Assembly (NCBI RefSeq): GCF_000315625.1
Contig: NW_005434620.1
Coordinates: forward strand, 59,556 to 123,555
Origin: Guillardia theta CCMP2712
Lineage: Eukaryota > Protista > Cryptophyta
Direction of reading: 5' to 3'
Length of the DNA stretch: 64,000 bases
The stretch's first letter is position 1. Every line of letters starts with the position of its first letter. A program made the translations under genes and the position numbers. The notes below the pieces were generated by a model. The model did not search any database. It saw only the letters and a program-made list of their open reading frames with translations, and was not told the DNA's origin. This document shows, one piece after another, positions 60,664 to 64,000 of this stretch.

Positions 60664-63416
60664 TTCCTCATGCTCTTCCTCCTCGTTTTCCTCTTATTCA
60701 ATCCCGTTGTTTGTCCTCTTCCTCGTCCTCACTGTCGCCCATCGGTTTAACTTTGCTCCCCTCTCCCCTCCCTGCCTTTTCCCCACACTTATGAATGTGT
60801 CGGCAGGGCGGCAGTGGCAAGCGTGCTGGCAGAGATCGAAGAGAACTTTTCGTTCATCAAGAATGCGGCTAAGCAAGTCATGAAAGGAGACGTTTCTTTC
60901 CTCTTGAAGTACCAAGAGAGCAAACATACGGCCGTGAGCTCCTCGGAGTCCAGCTGGACAGACTCAGGTTCACGCGGCGTTCTCAGCTCTCTTGTGCTCG
61001 AGTGCGTGACTCCCTGACGATGGCAGAGTCCGAGGAGGAGAGCCAGGCCGGAGAGCAACGTGCTCCTGCTCTGCATGACAAACAGGAGGGGGAGGACGGT
61101 CGGCTCGACGATGCTGAGCGGCATGTCCTGGGGAGGAGGAGACTTGGGTTGATGTGGCAGCAGGTTCAAGCGAGACTTCGATAGCCTCCAGTATCTTCGC
61201 AGCGAGACGAACAAGCCGACGGACATGGCGCAGGAGCTCAAGAACGCGGCGATCGTGAGCGAGATGAGGAGGGAGAGGAGGGTCTGATGTCAGCAAGCAG
61301 ATCTTTCCCTTCCTCAAGCTGCTCGAGTCTGAGCTGGATAAAGAGCAACACATCGATGTGCGGGGGATGCAGGGGCTGCTGGACGTGAACGTGGAGAAGC
61401 TCGGGCTCGACCGCGACTATGCGGGGGACATGATGGTAGGTGACTCCTCAGCTCCCCTCCAGCTGCTGACGTGGCAACCCCGCAGATGCTCTCCAAGGTC
61501 TCGTTCGCCAACCCCACCAGGATCGCTCGAGCTGGGCTCGACGGGCACCAGAGCATCAGCTTCTGTGCTTGGCAGCAGAGCTGCTCGCATGCTCACATCC
61601 TCCCCGTCTACTTCGCGGGGGGCCCGGACCTCTTCTTCGTGCCCCGCATGCCCCTCGTGCTCGCTCAGGCCTACATCGACGAGCACTCGGCCGTCAGCGA
61701 CCGCATCCAGCGCGAGCTGATCGTCCTGCAGGTGGGCTTGCAGACCGCCTGGGCTCTAGAGCATCTTCACGGGGAGGGTATCCTCCACCTCGACGTGAAC
61801 CCCAGCAACGTCGTCGTCAGGTCTCACGCCGTCTTCGACACCGACGGAAGAGTCTCCACCCGCCATGGCTCCGTGACCTTCGGCACCCCCAAGACTCCAG
61901 GAGGTTCTCAGCTGCACACGCGGCCCTTCCACTACATCCACGCGATGCTGGCTGACTTCTCCCTCACCTCTCGCTCGCGCGACTCTCACACGACCATCGA
62001 CGCCTTCGCGTACAAGGACATCTCCAAGCAGCCCGACAAGACCGGAGGCTCTCCCCAGTACTGGGCCCCCGAGCAGATTCTGCCCGGCTACTCCTTCTGG
62101 GGCAAGATCGCCTCCCCGCGCGACTGCCCGATCCACATCGAGGCTCCGATCATGGACTACGTGGACAGCTGGGGGTGGGCGGCGACGATGGTGAGGCTGC
62201 TGGGCTGCACGCGGCTCATGTGGGACATCGGGTACAGCGCCTTCGCCGAGTGGCTGAGGAGCGACGAGTCGCTGGAGCGCATGCCCATGGGCCTTGGTTA
62301 CCTCCTCGCCGACTGCCTCAAGATTCAGCCCTCCTCTCGCCCGTCCTGCGCCAAGGTCTCTCACAGGATGATGGAGCTGCTGGAGATCCTCACCAAGTCA
62401 GCTGGGTACAACGTGGAGAAGTTCCACGCTGTGCTGGAGCCCAAGGCCATGATCCCCTTCGCCCGCTCCCAGCAGTACGTCACGTCCCTCCTTCTCGACA
62501 AGACCGACCCGCAGACCCGCGGCTCCTGCACCCTCCTCGCAAAGCTCCTGCGCATCTTCGGGCCCTTTGACGAGGCTCTCACGATCACTCTCGATGCCCT
62601 TGAGATGAAGAAGATGAGCATGACGGCCGGGAGGAACGACTCGCAGGCCCCAGCAGACGCCGAGCTGGCGCGTTACCTCGCAGCTGCAGGCTCAGCTCAC
62701 TCCAAGGTAGGAAACCTCGAGCAGGCCGCGAACTTCTACGAGGAGGCTCTGGAGGTCTACCACCGGTCGCTCGTGCCCAATCATCCCTCCATCGCCGCCT
62801 TGCTCAACAACTTCGGCGTGCTGTATGAGCACATGGGCGAGTACGACAGAGCTATGGAGATGCATGAGAAGGCGCTGGGGATGCGGCAGGAGGTGCTGGG
62901 GGAGTGGAACACGGACGTGTCGGTCTCCCTCAACAACCTCGCGATCCTCCACAGGCGGTTGGGCAACTACAAGCAGGCGCTGCCGCTCTACGAGAGGAGC
63001 TTGGCGATCCGCCAGCGGTCGCTGGGGGAGACGCACGTGGCAGTCGCAGTCTCGTTGAACAACCTCGGCCAGTGCTATCGGCACATGGGAGAACCGCTCA
63101 AGGCTCTGCCGATGCACGAGCAGGTAAGATGCAGCTCCTAGCGGGTCAAGGACAAGCCTGATGCCCCACAGGCTCTCAAGATCTTCGAACAAGCTCTGGG
63201 TGCAAACCATCCCAACGTCACAGCAGGTCCCTTCATTCCGAGCTCTTTTCCTCGGTTCTCATTCTTGTACAGCCTTGAACAACCTCGTCTCTCTCCTGGA
63301 GCAGGTAACTCTCGCCCTATACTCTACCTCTGTTGCTGACTTGCCTCCTTCAGCTCGGCCGCTACGACGAGGCTCTTCCTCTATACGAGCGACGCTTGGC
63401 CGTCGACACAGACTAA
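58638..63416 (+). CDS. PDZ - HEAT - divergent protein-kinase-like - TPR protein; probably a single gene
   Basis: PDZ: VGVGLKL...DSPAWKSSLAIGDKIVDFDG|...IMGPEGSTVTL. HEAT-like: IRAMAIEALEAL. Kinase C-lobe: LEHLHGEGILHLDVNPSN...LADFS...GSPQYWAPEQ...DSWGWA. Kinesin-light-chain/TPR_12-type repeats: LNNLA...ALPLYERSLAI. Stop codon at 63414-63416. Confidence 0.7.
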
Positions 63417-63528
63417 CGCAAACCAGGATAGCCGCTCACAGTCTGAAGTCTTTAGTGTCTTGTCATGAACTTGTAATGAAGATTTTACATGCCAACGGTC
63501 TAGCAAAAGGGCATAGGATGCTTTTCGC

Positions 63529-64000
63529 TTACTCATGGTGGTTATACATTTCATGCTGATGGATTCGACTGTATCTGGACGCATCTCTTTCAACCCTACC
63601 GATCGTGTCAGAGCTCGGAGTTCACCATGAAGAAAATGACAAACCGCATGTAATGTGTCGTCCCCGTCTTGAAGGCCAAGTTTTCTATGAACTCCATGTC
63701 GTGCGAGATCACAATCAGCTGAAATGTGTCTGACTCCGCCTTTCGTTCATTCACCAGCCGTGAAAGGGCATCAGTGAATCCCTCTATATTCCTGAAGGAC
63801 GGGTCAGCACAGGACTAGCGTCTCGGTCAAAACTTCAGTGCTTCTTTCAGCTCACTTTGCGTCTAGGTTCGATGTTGGCTCATCCAACGCTAGGATCCTG
63901 CGATCAATTCAGAGGGGTCTTTGAGAGACGATCTGCAAATACCCGCAGTTGTGACAGAATGTTTCTGCAAGTGCAAGCCTGACGACCAAGGAGGCTAAGA
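63529..64000 (-). CDS. RAD50: DNA repair protein RAD50, C-terminal exons (partial)
   Basis: Spliced translation [45 protein letters not shown]...FQLIVISHDMEFI covers the RAD50 Walker B, D-loop and H-loop region. Stop codon at 63529-63531. Confidence 0.93.

Noticed and set aside
25258-64000. SMCHD1 plus RAD50 as an SMC gene cluster or a prokaryote-like (Wadjet/MORC) defence system
   Set aside because: They are ~31 kb apart with unrelated genes between them, and both contain spliceosomal introns. There is no operon-like structure.

Overview
Eukaryotic nuclear DNA from an intron-rich alga. Short 45-65 nt spliceosomal introns (several GC-AG) and a bipartite 'AF' plastid-targeting presequence suggest a cryptophyte such as Guillardia theta; this is inference, not a database result. 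No rRNA, tRNA or CRISPR array was seen, and there are two assembly gaps. Gene order, from manually spliced models: (-) a giant >5,000-aa secreted protein of tandem IPT/TIG-like repeats with a central intron-dense G-x-G-Y module, running off the left edge; (+) an Sfi1-like repeat protein fused to a degenerate alpha-kinase; (-) an intronless, multiply disrupted pseudogene of unknown origin; (+) a full-length SMCHD1-like chromatin ATPase (UBL-GHKL-BAH-linker-SMC hinge) with an apparent extra BAH-like insert; a 35-bp minisatellite; (+) a C2-PDZ-PX-coiled-coil protein; (-) a fucosyltransferase-like protein carrying an F-type lectin domain; (-) a T1-domain voltage-gated K+ channel with C-terminal EF-hands; (+) a plastid-targeted TauD-like dioxygenase; two (-) hypothetical proteins; (+) a PDZ-HEAT-kinase-like-TPR protein; and (-) the 3' end of RAD50. 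The strongest candidates for new biology are the algal SMCHD1 and the Sfi1/alpha-pseudokinase fusion. Exon boundaries were derived by eye and need RNA-seq confirmation.
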